Numbered from the stretch's first letter, positions 24,770-36,766 are shown. The stretch: 64,000 nt of DNA from Girardia tigrina (GCA_001938485.1 MQRK01168300.1:2433-66432), one strand, 5' to 3'. Numbers and translations are program-made. Notes: generated by a model not told the origin, from the letters alone.

Positions 24770-27700
24770 TTATTCCGTAATTGTATTTGTGTTTGGAGAA
24801 TCCAATATTAAAGCGTTCTCTCCACTCGAGTCACAACATTCAATCGTCAGGGGTGAGCTGATGAGGAGCTTCTTCGACGACACCTCTTCACTGGCGTTAT
24901 TGTTGCTGGAAATGCGTTTCTTTTGATTATCTTCCTAAAAATATTTTTTAATTCACTTTGGTAATTATAAAGAATTAGAAAATCAAAATAGTTTTTAATT
25001 CATGCTTTATGCGGGCAGAACTCTACTTGGCCAACAGAATGTTTTCGTTGTCTTTTGTAGAAAGGAAATTACTATTACATTTTTTAATAAATTTGTAATG
25101 TTATTAGTAGCTATTAAAATCTTTTTTGTAGGGAAAATTTCATACAAAAAAATTTTTACAACTCCATTTTGCAATTAAATAATTACTAATAACATAATAA
25201 ATTTATTTTAAAGGAAGGAAGGAAAAAAACCAAAACATTTATATTTAATGCAGTTTACATATTTGTGGATAATCGTAAAACGATATTTTCCAAAATAAAT
25301 TAAATTAACCTTTTGAGATCAGTTGATTTGTTCAATCGATACGCTGTAGCAAAATACGACTACCCTGAAAATTTCAGCTCCACAGCATCATGGGGAGTAG
25401 GTTAAAATTGCAAAGTGAGGCTGGACACGGGAAAAGATCACACGAAATCAAGTTTATAGGAAAGAACAACAGAAAGAAAGGAATAAAGCATGGAAATTAA
25501 TCCTGTATTTATAATAATTTGATTCGCATAATGTAGTAAATGAATAATATATTATTTTTCCTTCACTTAATGTTAAATAGGAATAAAATGTATGTTGAGT
25601 CAAATTTATCATTTTAATGTCGAGGAAAAGAGATTGTAAAAAGAGGAGGAAGTCTCGCAGTTTGTCGACTCAATTAAATAACGTCTGTCGTCCCAGTTTA
25701 ATTGAGACATCCTTTGCCGTTTTTCTGTCTGCGTCGAGTCGCAAATCTTTTTGTCCAATTGTTTCATAACATCGGGCGTTTCTTTGTTTCACCCAATTGC
25801 GTCTCAGACGACATTCTTTAGTCTTGATAAATTAAAGAATATTTCTTTAATAAATATTGAAATATTTCTTGTTTTATTCTTTTTTTTACATCTCAATCAA
25901 AAGTTATGATAAACGTTCGTTGTGAGAATTATTATCATTTTTGTCTCTCTCTATCTAATTTTTTCTTTTTATTTGATTAATTAAAATAAAAATAAAAAAA
26001 TAATAACATAAATCATGAAAAGGAAATAAATAATAAAAATATTATTTATTTAATATGTTTTTAAATATAGCTTTTGTGGATTTCTAAGCAATATGAATAA
26101 ATAAATACATGTAAAAGAGAAAGAATGAAGAAAAAGAATTTAAGAAGGAGAAAAAAATGAAATATATAAATTAATAAATTTAGGTATTTTGGAAAATATA
26201 ATTTTTTTAAGAAATAGATTATTGCTCATTTTGGAAACTTATTTTCCATCATCATCAGTAATTATTAAATAAAATAAATAATTTATCAGTAAATATTATT
26301 TTTTAAATTTTTTATGAAGTCTCTTTAGGAAAAACCTGTGCCGTATAAGAGGTATGTAATTTTCAAAAAAGAATCTTGTTCTTCAAAACCAATCTCTGAT
26401 AGAAGCATTTTATTTACAAACTTCCTCCTCTTGAAATTCTTGTACGTAAGATGAATGAGAAATATCGAAAGAAATACAAAACGACAAAAGATACAGGTCT
26501 TTGCATAACACCACAGAGCTTTTCTGAGAAAAATTATAATGATGGTACGATGAAACGCTTAGTTCACAGAGTTTTGAATTTGTCTTCCATATTTGAAATC
26601 ACAGAACATGGTTCCAACATATTCCTAAAGGACACTCGAAAGATAACATGTACTTAAACAAGAAGATAGATCACAACATTAAGGCTAAATCGGACAAATT
26701 ATTTACACAAAAATTGTTTAAGAAAGAACTAAATGAAAAAAAACATTGAAGAGTACATATAAAAATTCAAAAATCAGTATTCCGGAAGGATTGTTTTCCG
26801 GAAGTTGTTTTAGTGACATCCAAAGGTCAAAACTTCCTCTAAAAGAAATCGAAAACGATTTGTATAGAATATAAACTAATCTGGTCAATAAATTTAATTG
26901 TAAAAGGTGCAAAAACTCGTATACTGGAGAGATTTCAGGGATCAACTGTGCAAGCAAGGCTGACATACTTCCACGAAGTGTCCCTGGGAAACTAGAATGG
27001 GTTCGAATCCGTCTCTAGGCTAAAGTGTCTGATAAGCTAACCGATATCTGCGCCGACAGAATATTGTAGTACCAGTGGGCTTCCAATCCACTTACAAAGC
27101 TCTATCTTCCTAATCTGAGTGTCATGGCTGTTGGGAGTAGTGACCCTGTAGTCGAGTGGTCGATTGCATCGTATAAACTCTTGATTTTAATCAGGATGGT
27201 GGTGTTGAGAAATCGGTTCGCCAGCTGAGGTTAATTATGTCAATTCCCAGTTGGGGGAGTGCCTTTTGAAGCCATAAGCGTCTCAGGCCTCCTAAAAAGC
27301 CTCAGACTTAATACCTTTATAGGATGTAAGAATCACACTGGAGAGATTAATCGTCATCTCGAAACCCGGATTAGTGAACATTCACAATCAAGTCGATCAA
27401 GTAAGGTTCTTAATCATTAGTTACATTGTAAAAATTGAATGTCTTCTATTTCAAAGGATGACTTTATTGTTTTACTTAAAGATTTCAATTTACACTATGA
27501 GCGGAAACTATTCATACAGCACTACAACCCAATAATAAACATTCAAAATGGACAAAGTAAAGCGGTTTCGAATATTACAATCTTTAATTAAAATAAAGAA
27601 ACAATTTGTCATTAACATCCAATAAAATCCTGAAATATTTAATATTTTATGATAAAATTTCCAATTAATTAACATTTTATTATCTTATTTATTACAATAT

Positions 27701-29940
27701 AATTGATGAAAATTATTATTACAATAGAAAATGAAATTACGAAACATGTACAATAATTTATATATATATATATATATATATATACAGGGTGGCCCAATGT
27801 GTACACAGCCTCTAATTTTTGCGAATCTATTTTTATAAAAAAATTCTGAGTTTCAAAATTTGACCTTTATTGCGCAAAAAGGTCAAGTTCTGGAATTTTT
27901 ACACCTCACATGTTATATATCAAAATACTCGTCTTGACGAGTAGATTTAGAATATNNNNNNNNNNNNNNNNNNNNNNNNNNNNNNNNNNNNNNNNNNNNN
28001 NNNNNAGGTCAAGTTCTGGAATTTTTACACCTCACATGTTATATATCAAAATACTCGTCTTGACGAGTAGATTTAGAATATGCAAAAATTAGAGGCTGCG
28101 TACCCATTGAGCCACCCTGTATATGTGTGTATTACTAATCAACGTGAGACATGTTTAGCTCACAATTTTTGATCATCTTCAGAAATTTTATTTGGGTTGT
28201 AATTTAATTGATTAATTGATTTGATTTACATATTATTATAAAAAATAATATTAAAATTAAATTTTATTATCTAATATTTATTATTGTTAAACCTAAATTT
28301 TATTAGTTTTATTTATAGATATTCGTTATTATGCCTGTTTTTCTTTCACCGAAAAATTTCAAATTATATATATATATATATATATACAGAAAAAACCGGT
28401 TTTATTCGATTGCATAATTTATAATTAACAGGAATTAATTCAAAAATATTTTTTGCGAATATTTATCAATCTGTTGGGAATTCAATTGAGCAACACGAGC
28501 GATGGATTAATTTTCTTTCTCAACAAACGAAAAAATGTGGAGATGAAGCATGGAAACATCCATCCCGAGATAAAATTGTGGCGTTGCATGAAAACGGGAA
28601 ATTGGCATGTCAAATTATCTTTCGATTTCATCCATTTAACTCTGTTTGGCAACGAACTGTTATTTTTATCTCCTCTTCTTTTCTCTCTCTCGTCCTCCTT
28701 CTCTCACACTCGACCCCCTCCCTCTATCTGATTAGAGATTGAATTAATGAGAAAATAATTATTGAATTTAGACTTAATAGATTTTCTTTTATTTTTCTTC
28801 AAACCAAAAAAAACAACAACAACATTGACAATTAATTTTTCATAATTTTCCTTTTCCGAAGATTTTCTCTGACATTTACCCCCATTTGATTTTAATTAAT
28901 TTACACATTTTCCCCGGTTTTTTTGCTTTCGTGCCAACTGAAACAAATCAATTATTTTTTTTGTTATTTTTTGCATAAGAGAAAATACTAAAAATAGAAA
29001 ATGTTTTTTGTCTTCAAAAGAAATTTATTCTTTAATTAATAAAAAAACCCCAAATCAAAATCAATTATTTTTTTTCACAATTTGTGTGGGTTGTTCTTGA
29101 AAAAATAAAAAAAATTATTTTAATTGTTAAATTTATATTTTAGAAAGAAAAAAATTTTAATGACAACAAAAAATTATCGGGATTGTTTTGTGATTTTAAA
29201 TTAATAAAATTATAATTATTTAATTATTAAATTTATATTTTAAAGAAAAATTAATTTAATGATAACAAAAATTATTGGTAATTTTTTGTGGTTTTAAATT
29301 ATTAAAATTAATATTATTTAATGATTAAATTTATATTTTAAAGAAAAAATAATTAAATAATAATAAAAAAATATCAAGAATTTTTTGTAATTTAAAATTA
29401 ATAAATTTATTTTTATAATGACAAAAATTATTGGTATTTTTTTGTGATTTTAAATTATTAAAATTATTATTATTTAATTGTGAAATTTAATTTTTACAGA
29501 AAAAAATAATGAAATGATAACAAAATATTATCGGGATTTTTTGTCATAATTTAAAATTAATTTAATATTTTTTTATTTTAAAATTTTTTTTAAATAATAT
29601 TTTTATAGAAATATTTGTAAAAAAAATGAAAGATCAAAACCGGGTTTTTTATTATTTTACTCTAAAAGAAAATCTATAAACGTTAAAAGATAAAATTCCC
29701 TCAACTCGAAAATAGTTCAGTGGAATATTTCAAAAACCCTCCCGAAATCGATTAGCCCCCCTCTTTGCCCTGCTTCTTTCTGGTTGAATAATTGATTAAT
29801 ATATTTTTGCTACAACAATTCCCAAACGTTTGTTTGGAATAAATTTGCATCATTTGCTACATGAGATATTTTGATGAAAAATTGATTTTTTCCCCTCTAA
29901 CGATAATGGATAAAACAATTTCTGTTATTGAATTAACAAA

Positions 29941-29992
<52 letters not shown>

Positions 29993-32235
29993 CTATTTTA
30001 TTTTTATTATTAGGGAAAAATTTTATTTACCATTTTTAAAAATTTTCTATAGAAATATATTTTGATTATTTTCTTTTATAAAATCAAAAAATGAAGTAAA
30101 AATAAATAATATTTTAAAAATATACCCATTTCATTGTTACCATATTTTCAGTATAATATAAAAAAGTTTAAAAAATATTATGTCAAATTCTTAGTGTGAA
30201 GATCATGGGTCTTATAAATAGCACTCGAGGATAACTATGAAGCATAGGAGAACCCGCGGTCGATTGTGAGATAGTCTTGTAGTTGTAGTTGTTGAAATAT
30301 AGAACATCCTGAAAAGCCTCTTGCTTAATACCTTTATATAATACGAAGGTAACATCAACTAGCCAGATATCGCTATACAAGGCAGAGCTGTAGTGAGGGC
30401 GGTGCGAGCGGTGCGGCCGCACCGGGCATATGGGCGCCAAAATCGCAAAATGACCAATTTTGACTGATCAGATCTCCTGTAGGCTAATCACTATATAATA
30501 ATAATTATAGTAGTCTTTTTTGTTTAATGTCAAAGCATCCATGAATTTATCCGAATAAATTGATGTTTTCTTATAGCTAGACGATGCAAGGCTTAAGCAT
30601 CAATGCTGCGTCATAGAGCATGTGAATACGAACGTCCAAAGTCAATTTAATTCTTTTAAGGCATAATTTGTAGTAGTGAATCTTTTACGCGCTGGGAGCG
30701 CCAGATTTGAACTTCGCACAGGGCGCAATTTTTCCTTACTACGGCTCTGATACAAGGTAATCAGGCATACTTCCAAGTAATGTTTGATTGAGTTTGATTC
30801 TACTTTCAGAAGAAAATATCTAAAAGATAGGCGAATACTGTACGTCAGCTGTAATTTTTAATATTCTGTGGGTCTTTTATCAACTCAAAAGTGAGGCCTA
30901 ACAGTGGTACTCGAGTTTGATGACACCTATAAAGAAATGGTGAACTCGTGATCGAAAATGGAAAAGTATGTCGAGGATTTTCGTTGAAATAGACGAGCTA
31001 GGTAATGCTATAAAATTATCAGTTTCCCAGAACCTCCGAAAAGGCCATAAAGTTAATACCTTCTTGCATGAGAGTATCAAATCAGATACAATTGTCCGCT
31101 ATGCATAGTCAGTTAGATATATTCACACGTAGGGTCCCTGGGAAACTAGATTGAGTAGTTATGGTGCTGATTAACTACATATGAGTTAGTGTACAGTTAT
31201 CTATGAGTATCTACTATGAATTTTCATTGAAAATATTGATATGAAGATGTCACATACGTCGCAGACCCCAGAAAGAGCATCTAGTTTAATATATGTAACT
31301 GGATGGAAGAATCACACAAAATACATTATAAATAATAGATAGACAGTTCTAATATAAATATAAACATAATGAACTATAAAGTTGTGTTCACACATTTTTA
31401 TAATAATACGGACAGATTACATAATGACGTATTTGACATTATGTAATTATATATTATAAAAATATTATTTCTAATTATTATTTTCTTAAGCACCTGATGA
31501 TGACGGTTTTATAATTGATTTTAATTGTTGAATAGTAAAAATATTTTTTTTAATCATACATTTATATTTTTCAACGAATCTATTCACCTTTTTTAAATTA
31601 TTTAAATTATTACTTCATTTATCAAAAATAAATTCTTATATGTGAATATATGAATCCCCTTGTACGCTCAGTAATGGTTCATGTTGATTTATTAACAATG
31701 CTTCAGAAATAAATTATCTTCATTCAATTATAAAAGACCAAACATTTGTCTTTTTTTCGAAACTTCTTATCATTTATTCATATTTAATTATATTTTATTT
31801 TTAAAAAAATCTTATTTTATCAATAATGACTAACTTTTTCAAAACGAACAGCTTTGAATAAAATATACAAGATCATTTTATAAATTTAAATAATTAAAAA
31901 ATAATGGTATAGTATTTTTGAAAACATAAAAATGCAATTAAAACAATTAACAAACAATTAATTTCGTCGGTAAAAAAAATTATGAATTTTAAATATGCTA
32001 ATATAGACGAGCGGCGATCACGCAATCGACAAATAATTGCGTCATATAAATAACTGTGTAACTCAATACGGTTGTCGATAGACCTGCCTTCACATTAATC
32101 TTAGGACCTAAAGATCTGATATATAGTGTTTCAAGCAGGCTAAAATTAAGTATTTCTTTATGACCTGACGATGACAATTACACCGTCGAAATTAATTGTC
32201 TAAAATAATAAAATATTTTCTTTAAATGTGTTTTT

Positions 32236-32285
<50 letters not shown>

Positions 32286-35200
32286 TTTTATAAAAAATAT
32301 ATTTTTTAACAAAAATCCTCGTAGAAACATATTACAATCATTAAAATAGCATAAAATAGGGAAAGGAAACAAGAAGTCCTTCAGCAATTTGTAGGGAGAG
32401 ATTGCGTGTTTTGTAAGAACGGAAGCTGTAGAAAGAAATGAATGTTTTTTATATCAAACCTTCCCTTAGAAATGATTCCGGATAACAATTAGAGCAAATG
32501 ACAGAATAAATTATTAATATAATAATTTAAATGCAATCTAAAAATCTCTCATTAAAAAAAATAAATAAATAACACAAAAAATATTATTTCTCTTCATGAT
32601 GAAACTAATTTATTTTTATTATTTTTTTGAAATAAAAAATAATTTTTTGAATTTTTATTATTTTTTTCATAAAATATTTTAAAAAAAAATATTAAAAAAA
32701 ACAAGATAATTTTATCGATTTTTTTAAAATTAATTTTAGGGATTTCGAATGGAATTTTGATGGCAAAAAATAAAATATTTTTTAACAAAAAAGATAGACA
32801 ATTTTCCCAACAGAGTTTATTTTTTTTCCCGGTATAATAATCCTCATAGACCAATGGAAACAAATTGCGCAACTAATTTCCAACTCACTCTTATGTCTGA
32901 GTTGACAGACGCGGGTCTTTTGCGACTAATTTGTTCTTTTTTCAGAATTGCCGTTTTTAATTTGATAATTTGTAGCAACTGATCCGTCTGATTGTTTTCC
33001 ATGGATTTTCGGGACGATTTTTTCATTAATCCCTGTAAGAAAAACAAAAATCAAAATTAACATTGCCATACGAAAAGGAAGAAGAAGACCAATTCTCATT
33101 TCCTCTTCGTTTTATTACCTCTATTAATTGCTGCCGTTCGGTGATTAAATTGTTGATTTGTTGTAAATGTTCTTGTCGAAGAAGGAAAAGAGCATTTAGA
33201 AGTTGGATTTTTTCCTCTCGGGTCGATAGATTATTGTTGCTGTTGATTTTCGATATACATTGTTGAAAAACGGCCCCCGATAAATGTAGACCTGAAAATG
33301 AGAGTCGTTAGGATTTAATTTTATATCTGTTTGATATGTAAGATTGAGAACAAGAAAAAACGTATTCTCCCTCTTCCTCTATTGGGATTCCTCCCTCCAC
33401 TTACCTGCTCACTATTCCTAAAGCCCGGGTCACAAAACTGGTTCATTGAATCGTGTAGAGGAATAAAATCAAACTTTAATTATAACAAAAAATTGTTACT
33501 CTTTACTTCTGTTTTTATTCCTTCTTTTTCTTTTTTTTGTATTTGCAAAAACGAAAAAAAAAACAGTAATTAATGTAGAAACAATTAGTAACTACCGGAG
33601 CTGTATTCCGTTTTTGAAAAGCAGTTAGCAACAACGGGCTTTAATTGTTTCTATTTGACTAATCAAAGAGATTAATTGACAAAAAATAGAGGAAAAATCA
33701 GATTTTTTTTAGGAATTATTTCTAGATTTATTATATTAATTTTCACTTACTTTTAAAATGAGCTTCGGAAAACGATTGGGAATTGGTTGATGACTGGGGA
33801 CCCCTGAATTAAAAGATATTGTTTATTGAAAAAAAATCATTAAAAATATTAATTTTCATTAAAAAAGAATAAAAAAGAATGGTAGTTAAATTTTCAACAT
33901 TTATTTTATTCCCTGAGAAAAAGAGGATATATAAAGAAAGAAAACCCTTTGATCAATGGTGGTCGACTGATGACAGAAGGGTCTTGTTAGATCTAACAAA
34001 TTTAGAAAAAAAAGTGAAAAAAAAATATCGAAAAAATTTATAATTTTCAATAAATATCGAAAATATTTATTTCAATTAATTGTTTAAAATCAAATGGAAA
34101 TTATTCTTTGATCGAATAAGACCGACCGGAGATGAAAGAGAATGGAAAACGAAAGAGATTTGGAAAATAATCAAGATTTTATTTAGATCTTATCTTCAAA
34201 TATTTTCCGAATAAAAAGAGAATATAAACGAAATTTCTTGAACAACACGACAAAGCCCATCAGAATAATTGACACAGATACGAGTTTCTACGTTTTGTAA
34301 GCAAAATGGACAAGGCATCAAACGTGAGTATTATTATAGTCATATTCGCAATCTCATCTGTCAGCGTTTCTTCTTGGACATCAGCCAGGTTGAGGGGATG
34401 AGTAAAATGTGCGGTTTAGCATTTCTCTCCCGTAACAAAGACCACACTCCTGAGACCGATGGCCAAATTAAGCCTTGCATGACACATACCAGCTTAACTA
34501 GCACTGGCAACCGGCAAGAATCTCTGTAGATGAGTAATTCCCCGCTCTGCTCGGCATCGTTTATAGCTGGCAGGCAAAAATTGGTGCTGAGGCAGTGTGA
34601 ATGTTGGCTCGGTTTACTAGCCCTGTTGGCATGAGCGCTGCCAACTCTTCAAATCCAGAGATTTGAGCACGGCACGCTTTGTTTGATGCTAGTACAATTT
34701 TTTCTTTTACTTATGTCTTTCTTTGATGTCTTTTTTCCATGAGGATATTTATTGATGAACATTAATCTGTAGAGCTTATACAACTGGGCTCAAGAAGAAT
34801 TGGATGCTAACTTTCATTTTTCAATTATTAGCAATTATCTTAGTAATGATTATACGTATAATAGTAATAACACTAATTCAGGAAGAAATTATGCAAAGCT
34901 TTTACTAGTAATAGTATTTTTATATAACCAAAACTCCATTAATGACCATATTGAATTTTAATAATTAAGGCTTAGAACTGCTTCATATTAAACTAAATAT
35001 AATATAATATATTAATTACTCTTAACCCTACAATGCGCCGTGATTCATATTTGAATCAACCAAATTTTACCTCAATATCTTTTAATCACGTGATATTCTT
35101 TGAGTGTTTACATACTGTGAACCAAAAACATTGTCTATGGAATGATAACTGCCCATAAAGTCATAGATGCAATATATTTTGTCAACAAAAATGACAGTTC

Positions 35201-36766
35201 AGTTTGTAATACTGGCCGCGTGTGTTGCATATATTTTTATATTTAAAAAAATTGCGCATTGTAGGGTTAATGTTTCATTGTATTTTGTATCAAACTTGTT
35301 ACATACCGAAGTTGCGTGTTAAACTATCCTGGAAAGTGATATGTGCGATCCTTGAGCGTCTTAGCGACGTCGGTCGCATACGACACAAGTACGTATCTAG
35401 TTCTATATGGATCATATTACTTGTATTACATTGTTAAACATGTCATGTAAAAAAAACTATGTTCTTTTTTTTAGTGTTCAATAAATTGTCTAAATTCTTC
35501 GGTTGTTCTCCTCTTGACGTGCGTCATTTTGCGTTTGAATTACGTACTTAAAATATATTTTTAAAACTAACTTTCCAAATAAACAAATTAACACCCTTTA
35601 TCAATTATCAGAAAAGCTTTAAAATTAAAGATAATAATTACTTAATATTTTAGTGGAGAGAAACAAATTATTACAATATATAAATAAGATTACCGTTTTG
35701 GGGGTAGTTCACTGACACTGGAACAAAACCTCTTTTTGATCTCGTCCAAATAGTCGTTTAGGCTTTCCTCTTCCAATTTCGTTCTCGTACAATCTTCACT
35801 CAAACGTAAATACCAGCGCCAATTACTCGAATCAAAACCCCAATGACAGACTTCAGTTTCCGACCACTTCATTCCGAATTCCTGATGGGTGTGACCAACA
35901 AAATCCGCTGGTGACATCATTCGGCCACATTCCAAGCATTCAATACACTGAGCATTCGAGTGAGTATACTTCAACGGGAATATTATGCCTTTCTGTTGTC
36001 CAAAACAGTCATGGGTAACTCTAATCTGATGGTAAGCTGCCGAATCCAGATTGATTTTGTCTGATACAGACGTGTTGTTATTTCCATCCGCGGGATTAAG
36101 ATCAACGTTGATGCTGTTGAAGAACTTCAGCAATCTTTCGGCATTTGATTGGGAAATCAAACCACAGCAGCTAACCTGTTTCGGCAAGATGTTATGCTTA
36201 TGAAGCACTCCCAATCTCTCGTCGTCGCATTCGGTACAAGTTATTCCCATTGAATTGATGGCTTCATTTATGTCACTAATACTAAAAAGAAACTGTTGTT
36301 ATTTTGTAAAAAGATAATCATTTTACTCGACGTTCTTCAATAAGTTGAGGATTTGCGGTAAGCACAGTAATTTTTCACCTTCATTATGGAAACTTGCGAT
36401 ATATGTTTTGTTGAGCAAAGTATATGTAAAGTTTTCTGTAGTCGAACTGTTGGGAGATTTAGCCCGGTTGTCTGATTCCAGTTCCTCCAAACCATTAATC
36501 GACTCGTTGGTTTTAATACCATCATTTTCCGGTTTTTGATACGGTCGAAATGGACTTGTTTTACTACCTATGTCGGTTGAAAGATTGCCATTAGCTGGAC
36601 ATCCATAAAGGTATCTCATCAACATTGTTGTGGGAAAAATCGTCTTTTTTGCTGCTAAAAGTTTCTGGGAATATAACTGTTGAAAATTTTTTATCATTTC
36701 TCGATCATAACCACTGATCGGACTTAACCAATCTAACCCTTTCAAAGGTTCCGGTTTTAAAAGCAT
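24770..36766 (-). CDS. ski: Ski/SnoN family co-repressor. Exons 36766-36327, 36281-35694, 33803-33751, 33291-33119, 33032-32889, 24934-24770 (520 aa)
   Basis: Ski_Sno domain (EKLLCLPQIL; CGLISQSNAERL) and SAND-like Smad4-binding domain (HDCFG...CIECLECGRMMSPADFVGHTH...CHWGFDSSNWRWYL), followed by a coiled coil. All introns are GT-AG with consistent phases (1563 nt total). Exons 1-2 are firm; exons 3-6 are hand-inferred. Confidence 0.88.
26935..27336 (+). mobile_element. Short non-coding retroelement headed by an HDV-like ribozyme
   Basis: Perfect 12-bp TSD ACTGGAGAGATT (26923-26934 and 27337-27348). No meaningful ORF. Related copies at 30190-31315. Confidence 0.85.
26936..27029 (+). ncRNA. 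HDV-like self-cleaving ribozyme
   Basis: P1 CAGGGAU/GUCCCUG; P2 GACAU/GUGUC; P3 ACU/AGU; L3 UCCACGA; P1.1 CC/GG; P4 CUAGA..AUGGGU-UCGA-AUCCGU..UCUAG; J4/2 G-CUAA with predicted catalytic C27020. Confidence 0.85.
27785..28119. mobile_element. Tc1/mariner MITE (length inflated by gap-flank duplication)
   Basis: TIRs CAGGGTGGCCCAATG...CAGCCTCTAATTTTTGC with TA flanks. Confidence 0.8.
29100..29560. repeat. Degenerate AT-rich minisatellite (~110-120 bp units)
   Basis: Recurrent ATGA(C/T)AACAAAAA..TTAT(C/T)GG..TTTTGTG.TTTTAAATTA units. Confidence 0.6.
29941..29990. repeat. (ATT)n microsatellite
   Basis: Seen directly. Confidence 0.95.
30190..31315 (+). mobile_element. Decayed head-to-tail trimer of the HDV-ribozyme element family
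   Basis: Three unit ends resemble CCTAAAAAGCCTCAGACTTAATACC. Ribozyme remnants at 30364/30760-30785 (GGCATACTTCCAAGTAATGT) and 31083-31150 (GTCCCTGGGAAACTAGA). Confidence 0.65.
30383..30749. mobile_element. hAT-type MITE, 367 bp
   Basis: TIRs CAGAGCTGTAGTGAGG / CCTTACTACGGCTCTG and a perfect 8-bp TSD ATACAAGG. Confidence 0.9.
32162..32200 (+). ncRNA. Minimal hammerhead ribozyme motif within inverted-repeat element 31921..32242
   Basis: GAC-CUGACGA-U-GAC/AAUUACACC/GUC-GAA-AUUAAU-U-GUC with palindromic stem III. Truncated mirror copy at ~31955-31971. Confidence 0.72.
34314..34692 (+). other. Structured GC-richer insert with an RTE-like 5'UTR segment
   Basis: CCAGGTTGAGGGGATG...TTTAGCATTTCTCTCCCGTAACAAA resembles RTE 5'UTRs. 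Multiple hairpins. Confidence 0.35.
35026..35266. mobile_element. piggyBac-type MITE
   Basis: TTAA|CCCTACAATGCGC ... GCGCATTGTAGGG|TTAA. Confidence 0.9.

Larger units (their letters stand above)
26451..27742 (+). mobile_element. Decayed Penelope-like element interrupted by a 402-bp insertion
   Basis: KTTKDTGL; CKRCKNSYTGEI|NRHLETRISEH is split by the insertion. Degenerate hammerhead TTGATGA...GAAACATGTA at ~27703-27741. Confidence 0.75.

Noticed and set aside
27143-27160. ACCCTGTAG, a miR-10-like seed
   Set aside because: No precursor hairpin, and it lies inside a repeat.
27880-28080. ~75-bp direct repeat inside the MITE
   Set aside because: Identical copies flank an N-gap; artefact.
30183-30440. 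Minus-strand ORF with faint Penelope RT look (LVDVTFVLY, GSPM)
   Set aside because: It spans a MITE boundary, and the plus strand aligns better to the non-coding HDV-element family.
34489-34570. CCAGCT-TAA...AGCTGG as a twister ribozyme
   Set aside because: No CCC-AAG or GAGGG core.
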